Below are positions 61,005 through 64,000 of a stretch of DNA of 64,000 bases, in pieces. The stretch spans positions 372,001-436,000 of the forward strand of contig JBBPEB010000024.1 of assembly GCA_039096225.1 (NCBI GenBank). The letters run 5' to 3'. A program made the position numbers and the translations under genes. Source of the DNA: Blastocystis sp. Blastoise. Its lineage: Eukaryota; Protista; Bigyra: Opalinata. The notes below the pieces were generated by a model, which was not told where the DNA came from, made no database searches, and was given only the letters and a program-made list of their open reading frames with translations. Within the stretch, counting starts at the first letter, position 1, and each line of letters opens with the position of its first letter.

Positions 61005-64000
61005 ATGAAGAATATTATTGTCCTCACTTTATTCATACTTGGTATGTACTAAAATCTATATATATTTATCGTATATAGCTATTGCTAACGCTATAACTTG
61101 TACCAGCCCTAAATCCGCTTATTCTATTAAGAGAACTTATGCTGGAGATGCTCATCAAGAGTATATCTATATTTATGAGGGTTCTGCTACTGGTACCCTT
61201 GTATTTCAGAAGAATGGTATTAATATGGCTAATTCAATCCAAACATACGAAGTTTGCCTTAAGAGTGGTCAACATACCTTTGTTGCCACTGATGGGTATA
61301 TATATATATATATTCATGACATTTGTTTAAAGAAAAATCGTGTTTTCTGTATAGATTATTGCTATTTGTTACATATATAGTGGTAGTAATGGTTGGGGTA
61401 ATGGTTCTCGTTTTGAACTTATCAATGGTAGAACTAATGTTATTCTTGAAGGTACTTTAGATTTTGGTAGTAGAAAAGAATGGACTATGTACCGTATGTT
61501 TTTGTTAAAAAAAAATTATTTTTTTTTCCATAATTTTATTAATTAAAAAAAAATTTATTTATAGAATTGATAGTTTTTTTTAGTTGCTTATTATATATAT
61601 CTATAGTTGGTGATATTGTTCCTGAGGTATCTTTTTGGAAATATAGTGCTGTTCCTCAAGGTGATAATTCTTGGACTACTTCTAGTGTTTCTACTACTTG
61701 GCAAAGCTATGTAAATGGTAACTTCCCTGCTAGTAGTTCTATGACTAGATATTTCACAATGGATGCTTATTTTCCTAGTAATCTTCCTGAAAGTATTGCT
61801 ATTTATGAAATTGGTGTTAAATCTGGTGAAGGTATTATTATCTATGTAAATGGTGTTGAAACATATCGTTTTAATTTACCTACTGGTGTTATTACTTCTA
61901 ATACTGCTGTTGTTGCTACTGAAACTGCTCTTTACAGAAGAGTTACTGGTCTTTTCAAGGATATATCTAGTAATACTAAAGTTACTATTTCTGTTGAAAT
62001 TCATGGTGCTGATCTTACTCCTAAAGCTGAAGACTTTGTTGCTTATATGTATCTTGTTGATGGTCGTATGTATTTAGTGTTATATATATATATATATATT
62101 TTATTTTAAATATTTTTTAAATATGAATAATAATTATATTAATAAATTATATATTAATAAATAAATGTTTGTATTCATTATTATATATTATTTATATATA
62201 GCTCAAGTTACTCGTACTCATGATGGTTCTATTAATTCTAATCATATGAATGATTGGGACAGTCAAAGAGCTGATAAAGCTTTTGATGATGATATTAATA
62301 CTGAATGGTTCTACAATGCCTTACCTGCTTGGATTGATTATAACTTTGATAATTCTAGAAAGGAAACTATTAATCGTTATTCAATTACTTGTGGTGTTGT
62401 TCAGACCCCTCGTCGTCCTAGTTCTTGGAAAGTAGAAGGTACTAATGATGATGAAACTTATGTCCTTCTTGATTACAGAACTAATATGAATTTCCCTGAA
62501 CGTGGATTTACTATGACTTTTGATCTTAATACTAATAAAATTGCTTATAAGACTTATCGTTTTACTGTTTGTATGTTTATATATATATACTTACTAAAAG
62601 TATTTTTTATAGTATCATATAAATATTATTTTATTCTTATATTTTTTATTTAAAAAATGCTATGACCATTATTTTATATAGTAACTTCCTTAAATAATCA
62701 TTATCAAGGTGAACTTGCTGAAATTCAATATTATGGTGCTAATAAGGCTTCTGTTGCTCCTGTTCTTAGTTATAGTTCTTCTAACTTAGTTCTTATTGCT
62801 AATATGGATACTATAAATGAATACCCTGCTGTTACTGGTTTCACTAGTTTCACTATGACTCCTGATATTTCTGAAGGTCTTTCTTTTGATAATTCAACTG
62901 GTTTAATTACTGGTACTCCTAGTACTTCTATTCCTACTCAATCTTATGTTATTACTGCTATTTATTCTTTAACTGGTGAAACTCAAACTGCTACTGTTTC
63001 TATTACTGTTAGTGAATGTGTTGCTCCTAATGTAAGAATTGATTTAGAAAAATATACTGCTTCTAATGTTTTATATGGTTATGATGAATATTTTGATTTA
63101 TATAATAATCAAAATCAATTAATTGCTACTCATAAGAGTCAAATGTATTATCATGATAGTGATTATTATCCTGCTACTCAAACTTGGAAGTATTGTTTAC
63201 CTGGTGCTCTTTATAAAATTAAAGCTTATGGTGTTGGTTCTGATGGCTGGTCTGGTAACTCTCGTTTAACTACTACTATTTATAATGGTTATACTTCTTA
63301 TAATGATCATACTTTTACTTTATATCAGAAAAAATCTGATGAATTCCTTATTAATGCTAAATTTGAAACTCCTGTTTCTACTTTTGGTTTATTTAATCAA
63401 AATGCTAATCCTCTTGAAAATTGGTATCTTCCTACTTTTATTAGTGACGGTTGGACTCCTATTGTTGATAATACTCCTGTAGGTGCTTCGAATGGTGTTT
63501 GGTATATTCGTCAAACTTATACTATTTCTGATCTTGCTAATATTAATTCTTGGGAATATCAATTTACTATGAGAGCTGGTATTATTGTTTATCTTGATGG
63601 TGAAGAAATCTATAGAAATAATCTTCATGCTGATGCTGTTGTTGCTTTTGATTCTTTTGCTTATTCAGGTGTTGCTTCTACTGAAGCTTATGTATGGGGT
63701 GCTGTAACTGGTACTATGGCTAAAATGACTGTTGGTACTCATGTTTTTGCTATTGCTTATGTCAATAAAGCAGGTTATACTGCTATTGAAGCTGATTTCA
63801 TTGGCAAACTTCATTTATTAGCTTCTTCTAATAAATCTAGTAGAACTAATTATATTGGTATCTGGGTAACTAATGAAGCTAATCCTGATGATGCTGCTCA
63901 ATCTCATGTTTTTGATCATGATCATACTTCTCATTGGATTTCTACTGGTAGTACTTCTTCTCCTGTTGAAGTTAGAGGTAGATTTGCTGCTAACAGATTA
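61005..64000 (+). CDS. Paralogous large secreted/surface protein (5' part; runs off the window)
   Basis: MKNIIVLTLFIL|AIANAITC signal peptide across intron 61042-61078. Same module order as the minus-strand gene: D..GNGW, WKYS..W, YVNGVETYRFNLP, AFDDD..TEW, PSSWKVEGTND, He_PIG-like. Confidence 0.88.

Overview
Very AT-rich (roughly 20% GC by eye) eukaryotic DNA with many short GT-AG introns (mostly 35-100 nt, GTAT...TATAG). It looks like a protist genome; a Blastocystis/opalinate-type stramenopile is my guess, but this is inference only. Contents from left to right: (1) a CACTA/EnSpm (CMC) DNA transposon with a spliceable, apparently intact ~917-aa DDE transposase, a divergent accessory ORF and a CACTA right end at 6401; (2) a birth-and-death cluster of two families, three BTB-like+TLDc genes and five intron-rich BTB-like+LRR-like genes, several disabled; (3) two ~5.4-kb CACTG-ended elements in inverted orientation, forming a ~14-kb quasi-palindrome whose arms extend into the flanking TLDc genes; each element carries an internal TIR-like copy, (AGGGTT)3 and a decayed micro-exon gene; (4) a decayed region (45-51 kb) containing two 68-nt tRNA-like cloverleaves with four compensatory base-pair changes and a non-canonical architecture, the most intriguing signal here; (5) two head-to-head giant surface proteins with discoidin/galactose-binding-like, He_PIG Ig-like and hormone-receptor(HRM)-like modules. 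All gene models were spliced by hand and domain calls are motif recognition by eye; no database searches were run.
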